Source: Octopus sinensis (lineage: Eukaryota). Taken from it: DNA of 64,000 nt. The position numbers were made by a program, and so were the translations under genes. Shown here in pieces: positions 36,201 to 49,800 of the stretch (within the stretch, counting starts at the first letter, position 1; each line of letters opens with the position of its first letter). The DNA is taken from NCBI RefSeq assembly GCF_006345805.1, contig NC_042998.1, positions 166,408,001 through 166,472,000 on the forward strand. The letters run 5' to 3'. The notes beneath the pieces are model-generated. The model saw only the letters and a program-made list of their open reading frames with translations. It had not been told where the DNA came from and did no database searches.

Positions 36201-38590
36201 CAAAATCCTAATAAAAAACACTGCAATGTCAAGATTGAACTCGAACTAGAAATCATAGAAAGTGTGTCATCAAGGATTGGCGCTCACATCGGGTTTTGGC
36301 CTATTGTGCCAATTATTCTTCGGTTTTCCAGATATAAATTACTGCACTTAATCATTCTATAGTGTAAAGTTTTAAAGCTTTAACCTTCCTCGTAGTTCAA
36401 CAAGAGCATAGTAGTGAACTTCCTAGTGTCGCGTCGTGTTAGCAGAATCGTTACAGCGCCAGAAAAAAATGCGGCATTTATTCCGTCCTTACCATCTGAG
36501 TTCAAATTCCACCGAAATCGACTTTTCCTTTCATCCTGTCGGAGTCGATAAATTAAGTACCAGTCTAGCACTGGAGTCGATGTAATCAAGTAGCACTCTT
36601 CTTCTAAATTTCAGATCTTGTGTCAAGAGTAGAACGGATATTTATTCCTACTTTGTAGTGAACTTGATTCTATGAGGATAATGTACTTAAATAAAATAAA
36701 TTACACAGAAGCAACATCACTTTTTGTTCTCCCGTTATAAATATTCTCAGAATCAACTTTGATAACCTCAAGTGTTCGTTAATAGAAAAAGAAAAAAAAA
36801 TTAGAAAAGAAGCATAGATATCGAAACAATCGGGTTCTTGCTTATTAATCATCCTGGGAGGATCAACTTATCTGTGCTGGTTTTTGAGGGACCCCATATT
36901 ATATTCTCGGTATTCATATTGCAAGGCTAAATAAAAGAATATTTCGATAGGCGTAGATATGGCTGTGTGGGTAAAAAGCTTGCCTTGCAACATCGTGGTT
37001 TCCAGTTCAGTCTTGCTGCGCGGCAATATGTGTACATATAAATAATTTTAAATGACGACGTTCATGAACCAACGAACATAATAGTTAGGAATACAAGATG
37101 CTAGATAATATTATGAAATTAGTTCATATATATTGAAGATGAAATAAATAGAAGGAATTCAAACTACAATTTATAATTCATGTGCGTGATTCGATATTAC
37201 AATTTGAGGGTGACACTTTTGTCAAAACAACTCAGGCATGTTAAATAACAAAATGAAGGCGCGATATCAACTCACTGAGCAGAGTGAGATTATTTCGTCT
37301 GAATGGCTGAGTGGCACTAGTTTGAGGTTGAATTCACTATTTTTTTTTTTTGTTTTTTTTTATTATTGTAAGCCAAATTTTCCAGAACCTTTGATTAAAC
37401 TATTTGTCCGTAAAATTTTTTTGAAGTTCATTGTACCAATAATAACGAATCAGCTACTGTTGACTGGTCGACCCATATTCGTGTAAGCATTAATGCATTT
37501 TATGGCAGCACATTGTCTTTTATGGCGATACAGTTGGTCATGGTCCTAAACTGGGAAAGTTTGAGAGTGGTGGTTCAAAACTCAGCAGGAGTTTCACTAC
37601 AAATATAAAACAGTATAGACCTTGCAACAGATAACATATATTATATTCAAGACTCACAAATAAGAAATATTAAAGCAATATTCGACTATTTCCTTTAAAG
37701 TTGGTTAATTCTTGGTTTTACTTCTTGCTTATTTTGTTGGTTTCTTCTTTTTCCTTTTTCTTGTTTTCAAAGAGCTTTCAGTAACAGACATAAAAATGCT
37801 GTCCTTCATTCTTATCTTTCCATACATTTAAATGTTTCTTTTATTATTTGTAAAGTGTTTTACCGTTTTTTTTTTACTGCGCCACCATTTCTATAAAAAA
37901 TATTTCGTTATATATTTAATGTTTTATTTAACATTTGACACAAAGTTATATTACCCAGTCAAACACCCACTTTCCATCATAGTTGCCTTCTTTTTGTTCT
38001 TTGTTTTACTCTTGTAAACATTTATTCATAACTTCCTCAGAATAAAACGGAAAAAAAACTAGCAACTGAATTAAACATAAAAAAGGTTTCCTATTATGAA
38101 TACTCTCTCATTGTCTTCAAATATAATTATTCTATTCGTCCGTTTGTTTATTCCTTTCGAGTTCCATATTTTACTATGTATGCATTTATGCATCATGTGT
38201 GTATTATATCATACACGCGTGCGCGTGTGTGCGTGTATTCGGTATATTTTCATTTTCTTCTGGTTAATTTTATTTCACAATTGGAGGGAATTTAATTTTT
38301 TCTTCTTTAAAACAATTCATTTCGTTCTTTCTATCATAATTCCTTTCCTTTTATTTTCCTTCTCACTCTCAAATTCTTCTTCCTTTTTCTCTTTCTTTCT
38401 CTGCATTTTATTTCTTCTTCATATGTTGATACCTTGACTTCGTTCCCCATTTAATGTCACACCATCTTTTTCCCATTCATGAAATCGTTATGTATACATT
38501 ATGTCTTCATGTATACAATTCAAGACTTCGTTATCTTCTGGAATTTTTTTTTGCGTTCATCAGTAGCCAAGTCACATTCATTCATAGATT

Positions 38591-38642
<52 letters not shown>

Positions 38643-38929
38643 CTCTCTCGTGTGTGTATAGGATTGCAATCGTTGTGGTCCATTCAAGAATCTTTAATAG
38701 CATCAAACAGTGTCCTGTTTCTCATTCGTACACATTCGTAAACATTCTTAACAATTTAGAGTTGTGTCCGTTTTCAATGCTGCGTTTGTAACTCTATTTA
38801 TAAGCAACAAATTTTACTGTCATTCATTCATTTATTCATTCATTTATATTGTGTAGAATCAAAAGTTTTACAATATTTTGGTAACTTATTCGCTATACTC
38901 GTCCAAGTTACAAAAAAAGCAAAAGTAGT

Positions 38930-39500
38930 CTAGCATTCAAAGTATAGGCTATCGTTTTGCACTGTTTCAAGCCATCTTTCTACCAGGTCTTTGACCTCAC
39001 GCTGATACCAGTTCACCTTCTTTTACCTCCTCTTGGTTGACAAAGCGTCGCAATCTCAGGAAGTGAGACATCGATCGAAACAGATAATAATTCGAGGGCG
39101 ATATTTTTCCGTGACCCGAACGTGCATAAGCAGTGGTTAAGCTAGGGCCAGTTTTCCGAAACCTGTCGCCAAACATGGACATTTCGAGCACAAGGTGATG
39201 CTCGGCGTCTGATGAAATTATGAGGGAATGATTTATTATAAGTTCGTTCCGGACTGTCGAACCCTCGATGCCAATCTGTACTCCGAACAGCTGGAGCTGA
39301 TGTATCCCATTGTCCAACAAAAGCACCTGACATTGGTTAATAAAATACGAGCATTTCTGCAGCAAGACAATGCTCGGAAGATACAGAGTAAATTCGCAGA
39401 AATTGAGGAAATCGAACCGATGCCACATCCAGCGTATAGGTTGAACCTAGCTCCCTCGGATTATTGCTTGTTTCGATCCATGTCTCACTTCCTCTGCTCG
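38930..39500. mobile_element. Rearranged mariner transposase relic (plus arm about 39101-39500; inverted C-terminal arm about 38930-39100)
   Basis: The plus arm reads KVML..NYEGMIYY...LQQDNAR...HPAYRLNLAPSDYCLFRSMSHFL. The minus arm reads SPSNYYLFRSMSHFLRLRRF.NQEEVK. Confidence 0.85.
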
Positions 39501-40330
39501 CGATGTATCATCATCCATTCTGCTAGCTCTCCCACCGCCTTAAGCATACTATAATAATGGTTACAAAGTTTGGCGCAAGGCCAGCAAATTTCAGCTGGTA
39601 CTTATTTTATCGACCCCCGAAATAATGAAAAGCAAAATAGACTTCGGTGGAATTGGACGTAAAGAAGGACGAAATGCTGCTGAGCATTTGACCCAGAGTG
39701 CTCACCATTCTGCCAGTTCGTAGCCTTGAAGAATATCATAATAATTCTTTCCACTATAAGCAGAAATTTGGTTGGAGGGGTATAGTCGATTACATCGACC
39801 CTCTCAACACTCAAATGGAAGGCGAAGTTGACCTCGGTGGAATTTGAGCTCAGAACATGAAGATGGAATAAATGCCGCTAAGCATTTTTCCCGGCGTGCT
39901 AACGATTCTGCCAGCTCGCTGCCTTAGATTATTTATTTGTTTATTGCCCACAAGGGGCTAAACATAGAGGGGACAAACAAGGACAGACAAAGGGATTAAG
40001 TCAATTACATCGACCCTAGTGCATAACTGGTACTTATTTAATCGACCCTGAAAGGATGAAAGGCAAAGTCGACCTCGGCGGAATTTGAACTCAGAATGTA
40101 ACGGCAGACGAAATACCTATTTCTTTACTACCTACAAGGGGCTAAACACAGAGGGGACAAACAAGGACAGACAAACGGATTAAGTCGATTGCATCGACCC
40201 CAGTGCGTAACTGGTACTTATTTAATCGACCCCGAAAGGATGAAAAGCAAAGTCGACCTCGGCGGAATTTGAACTCAGAACGTAACGGCAGACGAAATAC
40301 GGCTACGCATTTCGCCCGGCGTGCTAACGC
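39500..40330 (-). repeat. Head-to-tail run of about five family A SINE units
   Basis: Reverse-strand heads lie near 40330, 39925, 39725 and 39540, with a tail-to-internal junction at 40111-40120. Confidence 0.8.
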
Positions 40331-41084
40331 TTCTGCCAGCTCGCCGCCTAAATAAATAGATATGATGCAAGGATACTCTGTAGGCGGCAGTAGTTAATAA
40401 AAATTAAAGTGAAAGTTAAAAACTTATTCTTTCTGTGCGGCCCGGTACCAAATTATCCACAAACCGGTCGTTGAGGATCTCCAGCATATAACGTTTTGCA
40501 GGTACAATATTCAAGAATATCAAGAAGTAAAACGCCAATAATAAAAACGATAATAGCAGCTATAAAATGAGCACCATTTATATAGATCGCCGTATCTAAG
40601 GGGGATTAATATTTTTCTATCACTCTTGAAAGGCAGAATCGTTAGCTCGCCGCTGAAAATGCTTACCATCATTTCGCCCGTTTTTTGCTGCTTTGTGTCA
40701 GAATTTGAAAGCATTATATAGTATTATGCTTTTCGGGTTGAAAATGACGGAATCGTTTGTAATTCTTTTGTTCTTGGTTGGTGAATAAAATAAATCCCAA
40801 TAATCCGATGTATTCTCCCTTAAACTTCTTTAATAAAGACATGTTCTTCAGATAGAAACATACTTCCCGATTAAAAAGTTTTCTATCAGAGAAGTTCATT
40901 AAACCGAATTAGGGTTCTACATGAATAGGATGAATGAATCATGTGTTGTGTAGTATTAATATTCAACCACGTTATCCCATCATTGACCAATAAGAATGGT
41001 GACAAACGTTTTCGTACTAATAATTTCCTCGTTGAGAATAAGGGCTAGCATTTTTCTATCGTTATAATTATTTAAGGTAGCGAG

Positions 41085-41520
41085 CAGGCACAATCGTAAA
41101 CATGCTGAACGAAATGCTTAGCAGTATTTCGCCCGTCGCTACGTTGTGAGTTCAAAATCCACTAAGGTCGACTTTGCCTTTCATCCTTTCGTGGTCGATA
41201 AATTGGATACTAATGAAACACTGGGGTCAATATAATCGAGTGACCCCGTCCTACCAAATTTCACGCCTTGTGTCTATAATAGTAAGGATTATAATAATTT
41301 AAGGCGGCGAGCTGGCAGAATCGTTTGCACGCCGGACGAAATGCTTAGCAGCATTTCGTCTGCAGTTACGAAATTTGTCCCCTCTGTGTTTACTCGATTA
41401 TATTGACCCCAGTGTTTCATTAGTATCCAATAAATTAAGTACTAATTGCGTACTGGGGTCGGTCTTATCGACAACCACCTTCCCCCCAAATTTCGGGCCC
41501 TGTGCCTAGAGTGGAAAAGA
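41085..41520 (+). repeat. Head-to-tail family A SINE units
   Basis: Heads are at about 41085 and 41300, followed by a rearranged remnant. Confidence 0.7.
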
Positions 41521-41814
41521 TTATATGTATGTATTATATATACGTAGTTGTTTTGGTCATTTGACTGCGGCCGTGCTCGGAGCAGCGCTTTAAAGCGTTT
41601 TTTTTTAGTCGAAGAAATCGACCACAGGGCTAATTCTTTGTAAGCCTAGTACTTATTCTATCGGTCTCTTTTGCCGGACCGCTAAATTACGGGGACATAA
41701 ACACACCGACATTAGTTGTCAAGTGATGGTGAAGGGACACACACTGACACAAAGACACACACACACACACACACATACATACATACATATACATACATAC
41801 AAGCATACATACAT

Positions 41815-41847
<33 letters not shown>

Positions 41848-41893
41848 AAAGAGACAAGACACACAGACCCAACACACCCACACACAACACACA

Positions 41894-41936
<43 letters not shown>

Positions 41937-43328
41937 GACGGGCTTCTTTCAGTTTCCCTTTACCAAATCCTCTCACAAGGCTTTGATCGGCCTTATGTGA
42001 TATATATGTATTATACATGTAATAATTAAGTTATATATTATGTATTTTGTTGTGGTTTGTGTTGCTCATGATCCCCAGTACGTAAGGAAATTGTCTTGAA
42101 TGAAACCGGTCCTTGGTCTTAAAAAAGGGATTGAGGACCGCTGATTATATGTAATGTCCAGTTATAAGTCTGCATAATGTGGTTTGAAGAAGAATTAGCT
42201 GTTATTTCCTGTAGGTCAAGCAACCACGTACATTTTGTAGTTGATTTACGGGGAACGCTGATAAGGACTAATAGTGTTAATGGGGAGAGCAGTATTGGTG
42301 GTGATTGTGGTGACGGCTGGGATAATAGTAGTGGTTTGTTGTGTTAGCCTTGATGAAGGGAGCAAAGATGCTACGACTACTGCAGGTTGTTATATTAATA
42401 ATGATGAAAGTAGCGGTGGTAGTGGTGATGGTGATGGTTTTGGTGGTGGTGGTGGTGGTAGTGGTTTTGGCATTAATGTTGTTGATTAGCCCAAGTTAGC
42501 TCTGATCAAGAAAAGAATAAAGGCGCTCTATGACCAACTTTTCTCTATTTTTTTTCATTTTTGTTTTATAGACCGTGTTTATTTATATGATTATACCAGA
42601 CGATTGGATATGCTTTGTGGAAAATTTAACTGCTATTTCTAGCATATTTGATTACCATGTACAGGTTTCGATTGCTGAACAACATGTGACTGACAATGTT
42701 TTTATTGTTGTTGTTGTTGTTGTTGTTTTGGTGGTGGTGGTGGTGGTGGTGGTGGTGGTGGTGGTGGAGGTGGTGATGGTGGTGGTAGTGGTGGTGGTGG
42801 TGGTGGTGGTGCTGCTGCTGCTGCTGCTGGTGCTGGTGGTACTGGTGGTGGTGCTGGTGGTGGTGCTGGTGGTGGTGCTGGTGCTGCTGGTGGTGGTGCT
42901 GGTGCTGCTGGTGGTGGTGGTGGTGCTGGTGGTGGTGGTGCTGGTGGTGGTGGTGCTGGTATGGTTGCATAGTAGCATAGTTGTAGTGTTGATTGGTTGT
43001 GGTGGGTGAAATATGGTTCTGTAGAAATATGAGGCAGAGACTGGTGGTGGTGGTCGTCGTCGTCGTTGTCGTTGTGGTGGTGGTGGATATTGCCTAGGTG
43101 TAATCTTAGTGGTTCTGATGTTACAGAAGGGCGGTAACACCTTTAAAATAGTTCCCTCTGGCTATTATGTATAGTGGCTGACGCTCTCTTATTCATGTTA
43201 TTTCGAAACACGGCTCCTACTGTCTGTAAATTTGTTGCTTAAACACGGGTCAACTCTGATTGAGCAGGTAGGTGATCAAAGACATTTCCGTCATGATCCT
43301 TTCGTCTTTGGCATACTTACACATGTGT

Positions 43329-43719
43329 GGAAGCACTCCGTCGGTTACGACGACGAGGGTTCCGGTTGATCCGAATCAACGGAACAGCCTGCTCGTGAAA
43401 TTAACGTGTAAGTGGCTGAGCACTCTACAGACACGTGTACCCTTAACGTAGTTCTCGAGATATTCAGCGTGACACAGAGAGTGACCAAGGCCGGCCCCTT
43501 TGAAATACAGTACAACAGAAACAGGAAGTAAGAGTGAGAGAAAGTTTGTGGTGAAGAGTACAGCAGGGATCACCACCACCTCCCCTGCCCGGAGCCTCGT
43601 GGAACTTTTAGGTGTTTTCGCTCAATAAACACTCACACGCCCCCCGGTCTGGGAATCGAAACCGTGATCCTATGACCGCGAGTCCGCTGCCCTAACCACT
43701 GGGCCATTGCGCCTCCACA
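43329..43719 (-). mobile_element. tRNA-Arg-derived OR-like SINE, full length
   Basis: It is near-identical to 13757-14151, with a 13-bp TSD cttacacatgtgt (43316-43328, 43720-43732). Other copies lie at 62765-63075(+, internally deleted) and 51690-51770(+, head only). Confidence 0.88.
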
Positions 43720-44069
43720 CTTACACATGTGTTACCCCACCAATACCACCACCGGAATTTAATATGAAAAAAAAAATGGTGGGCGCACATACATATTGAC
43801 ACACCTCTTATACATACATACATACATACATACATATTGACACACATCTTATACATACATACATACATACATACATACATACATACATACATACATACAT
43901 ACATACATACGTATATATCCACATAGATATATATACAAGCATGGCATTGTAGTTAGAAACTTGCTTCTCAACCATATGGTTCTAGGTTCATTCCCGTTGG
44001 TGGCACTTTGGACTGAGCAAAGCCTTGTGAGTGTATTTGGTAGACAGAAACTGAAAGAAGCCCGTTGTG

Positions 44070-44100
<31 letters not shown>

Positions 44101-44194
44101 TGTGTGTGGTGTGGTTGTGGCATCTGTGTTAGTCCCCGACAACGTATACATACCAACACCGGTTGTTGTGTCTATACATTCCATAACTTAGCTG

Positions 44195-44234
<40 letters not shown>

Positions 44235-45600
44235 ATATATATATATATATAGTGTATCGTGAAGTATATTTGCCACGATGTCGTGCAGCTACTGTGTGTA
44301 CCCTCGCTCAGAGATTTATATATATATAGATATATATATATATACGCGCGCGCATACACACACATTATGAAACTTGCAATTTTCAAATAATATTATGATG
44401 TGTGTCAGTATGTATGTGTGCACACCCACCATTTTTACTTTCTTTTTTTTTTTTTACATAAAATTCCTACACCACTTAATGGTTATTTATTGAAAATTTC
44501 GCTAAAAAAATTACCCATCTTTCAGAAAGTTGTGAAGAAACAAACCTAACTTGTGTGGATTATCCGAATCTTCCCCTTACTCCACCGAAACCGTTTTCGC
44601 AATAAATACTAATATAAACGGAATCCCTGAAGAGCTATTCATAGAAATTTTCATTAAAAAATATTTTTAATTCAGAAAGTTGGGTTGACACTTGTCTTTT
44701 CAGGGTCGTAAGACTTTTACCGCTTATCTTGTACTTGTTTCAGTCATTAGACTGCGGCCATGCTGGAACATCACTACCTTTAGTCGAATCTGTCAACTCC
44801 AGTACCTTTTTTAAATTTTTTGTTCAGCTTCGTACTTATTCTATCGGTTTCTTTCGTCGAACCGCTAATTACGGACAAACACACACACACACACACTTAA
44901 ATATATATACAGTGGCGGCTCGTTTATAGGATCTGCGGAACGGAAACAACCCCCGCCCAATTTCCACTCGAAATTATCGATAACATTCAGTATAATGAGT
45001 CCTTTTTTTTAATTTAATTCTTTCTTTATACTTGTACATTATATAATCCTTAAGTTTAATGTCAGTAGCCATCCTCTAATTTCTGAAAAAATTCAAAAAT
45101 CCTTGTTTAGAACTGTCCGCTTCACAGTTCCAGCAACGGGGTGTTTGGCTGTTGCGCTCATGCACGCATGTCCAAGATAGGAAGCTGCACGCTAGGGAGA
45201 GAGATCACTGTTGTTCACGCAGTGCCGGTGAAATGTACTGTTTCTTTTTTACTCCGCGTGTGTTCTACTTAAAAATGTGTTTATATTCTTGAATGTGATA
45301 AAGTGTAGAATGAGATTATTAAACTGCTTCCAGCTTTAGTGTTGCTGCAAGGATTCGAAACAAGGCAGGTTCCCCGCCCCTTCCTGCTTATTTTGTGATT
45401 TAGTGAGGATCTTTTAAAAACAAGGAGGGTTTCGCAGAGGTTTTCGGTGAACAAATTAAACACACTACCCGGCAGTGGCTAGAACGCGAACCGATCAAGT
45501 TTATGTATAAATATTCTTTTTATATGTTTGTTTCCTTTTACACAATATTAAAACAACGGCATCCCCACTAATTCTATCTATGAGCCACCACTAAATACAT

Positions 45601-45631
<31 letters not shown>

Positions 45632-45633
45632 CA

Positions 45634-45695
<62 letters not shown>

Positions 45696-46729
45696 TATAT
45701 ATATATGCGCAGACGTAGCTGCGTGGTAAGAAGCTTGCTTCATACCCAATAGTTTCTGGTTCAGTCCACTGCGTGCCACATTGGGCAAGCGTCTTCTACC
45801 ATAGCCTCGGACCTACCAAAGCCTTGAGAGTAGATTTGGTAGACGAAAACTGAAAGAAGCCTGTTGAATTTATACATACGTGACGTGCTTCTTTTAGCTT
45901 CCGTCTACAAAATCCATGTGGTTGTGAAGCAGGTTTCTTACCACACAGCTAGGCATGCGCCAACTTTATTTCTCAGCACAAATTCTGTCGGTAACCAGGT
46001 CGCAGTTTCGAGCGACGGACATTTCGACAACATATCACAATGTTTAGTGAAGTTACCGGTCTTAGTGCATTTCTGAATTGTTAGCTTGTACCTTTACGCT
46101 GCAATCGTGTGCCCTCCTTCTTTACGACAATAATCGATGATTTAAAGGTAGTCTAACTGCTATATCAAGCAAATCGAATGCCAACATAGACTTCATTGTT
46201 GCTCTCAATATCAATGAAATAAAGGGACATGACCGGACACGTCGGTGTCATTCATCGGGAAGAAATGAGACTGCATTCTTTTGCGTTCATTTGCTTTCGG
46301 TGACATTCGGCGGTGTTCGGCAGCATTCGGCCAAGATTTTGGTGGTTAGAGGTTAATTGCCGACAGTAGTCGTAGTAGAGGTATGAGTAATCGAGGCGGG
46401 GTAGCCAAGTGCAATGGCGGCGGCACAATATTTGTGATAAGACCTGTAAGAGTCATAAAGTGAGCTGTCAAGCAGAGAGTGACACAATTGTTGGGAGTGT
46501 TTGTTCTAGAGGAGGAGAAGGGGAGAGAACAGTGAAGGGTGAAGGAAGTCGAATGGGGGTTGAGGCGGAGGAAACAAAGGTCGTTCAGTGCACTTATATA
46601 TTACTTTTTGGATGACACGAGAGTATATCTATATATTTATATATATATATATACACACACATGTAAGTATGTATGTATGTATGTAGGTAGGTATGTAGGT
46701 AGGTAGGTAGGTAGAAGTTGTGTGTGTGT

Positions 46730-46781
<52 letters not shown>

Positions 46782-46969
46782 GTGTATGCGTGTTTCTGTC
46801 TGTCTGTCAGTAGGTGTTTATGTTACATCCCACATGATTTCTCTCTCTGTACGTATATATACCACACACTGACACACAGACAGTATATGTATATATATAT
46901 ATATAATATATAAAATATATATATATATATATTATATATATATATATAAAATCATTATCATCATCATCA

Positions 46970-47056
<87 letters not shown>

Positions 47057-47630
47057 TAATATTAATATTTAGCAGAAGCAACACACGGAATAAAGGGCTG
47101 AGTGTTTTACACGTTAGCATTTATTAAATATGCATACAAACAGACACACACAAACACACATGTAGATATATGTGCATATGTATATATTCTTTTATTCTTT
47201 TTCTTGTTTGTCATTTGACTGCGGCCATACTGGTCACCACCTTTAGTTGAACTTATCGACTCCAAGACTTATTCTTTATAAGCCTGGTACTTATTCTGCT
47301 AGATTACGTGGACGTAAATACACCAACATCGGTTGTCAAGCGATAGTGGAGGGACAAATACAGACAAACAAACACATACACGGCTATAATATAAGACACT
47401 TATCTAAGGTGTCACGCAGTGGGACTGAACCCGGAACCATGTATTTAGGATGCAAGCTTCTTACTACACAGTCACGCCTGCGCTTATATATGACATATAT
47501 ATGTATATATATACGCACCTACATATACATATATATACATACATATATATATATATGCATATATATATACATTTATATATATATATATATATACATGCAC
47601 ACTCATATATATATATATACACACACACAC

Positions 47631-47721
<91 letters not shown>

Positions 47722-48239
47722 AGATATGAATGTATATATAGTGTGTTCAAAGCAATGACATTAACGCACAAAACCTAATATCCGTGAAAAGTAGTGACAA
47801 ACTTCAACCATTATTCCGTGGGTGTACTGTTTGCATTTTGTATACACAAAATGTATTCATATACGTTCGTATTTATACATAGATACATATTTACTTTGCA
47901 ACCACAAATCGTTAAGATATGTTTGTTAGCTAATATACAAAAGCATGCAATATGTATAATAATGTACGTTTATGGCACTAATGATAAACGTATTTATGTA
48001 TGTATGTATGTATGTATGTATGTATGTATGTATGTATGGATGGATGGATGGATGGATGGATGGATGGATGGATTGATGCATGTATGTATGTATGTATGTA
48101 TGTATGTATGTATGTATATGTGTGTGTCATTATTCAGTTTTATTTTAAGATTTTGTGCCAATAGAGAAAGAGCCAGTTGGCAACCTAGATCTAAGGCCTC
48201 TTGTGTATTATGTGCAGTATTTCGAGTCAGTGCATAATC

Positions 48240-48655
48240 TTTACTCTTTTACGTGTTTCAGTCATTTGACTGTGGTCATGCTGAAGCACCGCCTTTAGTC
48301 GAGCAAATCGACCCCAGGACTTATTCTTTGTAAGCCTAGTACTTACTTAGTCTATCGTTCTCTTTCGCCAAACTGCTAAGTTACGGGGACGTAAACACAC
48401 TAGCATCGGTTGTCAAGCGATGTTGGGGGACAAACACCGACACACAAACATATACACACATACACACATATATATATACATGCATATATACGACGGGCTT
48501 CTTTCAGTTTCTGTCTACCAAATCCACTCACAAGGCTTTGGTCGGTCCGAGGCTTTAGTAGAAGACACTTGCCTAAGGTGCCACGCAGTGGGACTGAACC
48601 CGGAACCATGCGGTTCGTATCAAGCTACTTACCACACAGCCACTCGTACGCCTGT
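48240..48655 (-). mobile_element. SINE family B, full-length (tRNA head, gcaccttaggcaagtgtc core, internal CA/TG microsatellite)
   Basis: The reverse strand has A and B boxes (gtggctgtgtggtaag ... gggttcagtccc) and the tail gcatgaccacagtcaaatgactgaaac. Other full or partial copies lie at about 3195-3400, 3930-4085, 41545-42000, 44715-44900, 47190-47490, 50920-51115, 54610-54965 (-) and 7060-7330, 25810-26210, 36955-37030, 43935-44200, 45700-45870, 50560-50880, 55490-55875, 61425-61985 (+). Confidence 0.85.
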
Positions 48656-48760
48656 TGTTAATTTTTTAGAAAAAAAATGCTTTCTGCATTTACAAATTAG
48701 ACTTATTCGCTTTTTTTGTTTTGGTTATTATTTTACAAAAAAAGCTACATTTAAACTGAC

Positions 48761-48850
48761 TATACAACAACCAGAGTAAATGTCTGCACCATTCAGAGCC
48801 TGCTTTGCACGTTTTACTTGATCAACACTTACAAACTCAACCATTGCTTG
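48761..48850 (-). pseudogene. HNRNPL: Inverted hnRNP L RRM2 fragment (QAMVEFVSVDQVKRAKQALNGADIYSGCC)
   Basis: The reverse complement aligns to 49705-49785 with 9 mismatches in 81 aligned nt plus a 9-nt indel. The translation keeps the canonical NGADIYSGCC motif. Confidence 0.85.
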
Positions 48851-49194
48851 AAATTTGTCTTCAATATAATATAATAGTTGCATTTTAGAGGGAAGAAAAA
48901 GTGCTCAATAATTTTCCGCTCTTTCTGCTGCTTCTTGCGTAACTACCTGCTGCCTTCCCCCTCTCTCTGTATTTCTTATAATCCTTCTCTTGTTATATTA
49001 TTAGTGAAGTAGAAGTAGTAATAGTGGTAGTGGTGGTTGTAGAAGTAGTAGCAGTAGGTTCCTCTGTTTCCTACATAGCAACGTGCAGCTTCTGCGAGAA
49101 GTGGAGGATATTATCAGATCCTCAGCTCTCACACAGACACGTACTGCAGTGTTGAGCTCGTTTACAGCATTAAAGTATTTAGCCTTTTGTGAAA

Positions 49195-49800
49195 ATGGCG
49201 GTTTATGAAGGTCATGTAGCAAAGCGTCAAAAAACTGAAAATAATGGCTATGGAATGAACCAAGGAGGAAAAGATAAATTTATGGAAGATCCTCGCAAAC
49301 TATCACCATCACCCGTGGTGCATGTCCGTGGTCTATCTGAGACTGTGGCAGAGCAAGATTTGGTTGATACATTGCAAACCTTCGCGTGCATTAGTAATGT
49401 TACCATGATGCCAAAGAAAAGACAGGCTCTGGTTGAATTTGAGGCTATAGCCGGAGCGACTGAGTGTGGAAACTATGTACAGTCCAATCAACTTTATGTT
49501 AGTGGTCACCCTGCTTTCTTTAATTTCTCTACCAGTCAGAAGATCCAGAGACCAGGTAGCCCAGAAGATATGCGGACTGCAAACCATATTTTACTCTTTA
49601 CCATGTTAAATCCACAATATCCGATCATTGTGGAAGTGATGCATACAATCAGTTCTCCATATGGGCAAGTACAACGAATTGTTATCTTCGAAAAGAATAG
49701 TGTCCAAGCAATGGTTGAATTTGAAAGTGTAAAACGTGCAAAGCAGGCTCTGCACGGTGCAGACATTTATACTTGTTGCTGTACACTCAAGATTGAATAA
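49195..49800 (+). pseudogene. HNRNPL: Intronless hnRNP L-like retrocopy (RRM1 + RRM2 only, 201 aa, truncated); processed pseudogene or young retrogene
   Basis: The ORF reads SPVVHVRGL...MPKKRQALVEFE...GHPAFFNFSTSQKIQRPG...ILLFTMLNPQYPI...VQRIVIF..N.VQAMVEF...GADIY..CCTLKIE, which matches hnRNP L/smooth RRM1-RRM2. There are no introns, and the start context is gaaaATGGCG. A stop replaces the expected YAK. A 9-bp in-frame deletion and changes at normally conserved residues (FG>FA, NG>NS, SG>TC) are present. Confidence 0.88.

Noticed and set aside
37509-37634. Possible terminal exon (HIVFYGDTVGHGPKLGK...*)
   Set aside because: Weak acceptor and no homology recognised. Such frames occur by chance.
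42575-43140. His/Gln-rich and poly-Val ORFs
   Set aside because: They derive from compound (GGT/GCT)n. No flanking coding sequence was recognisable.
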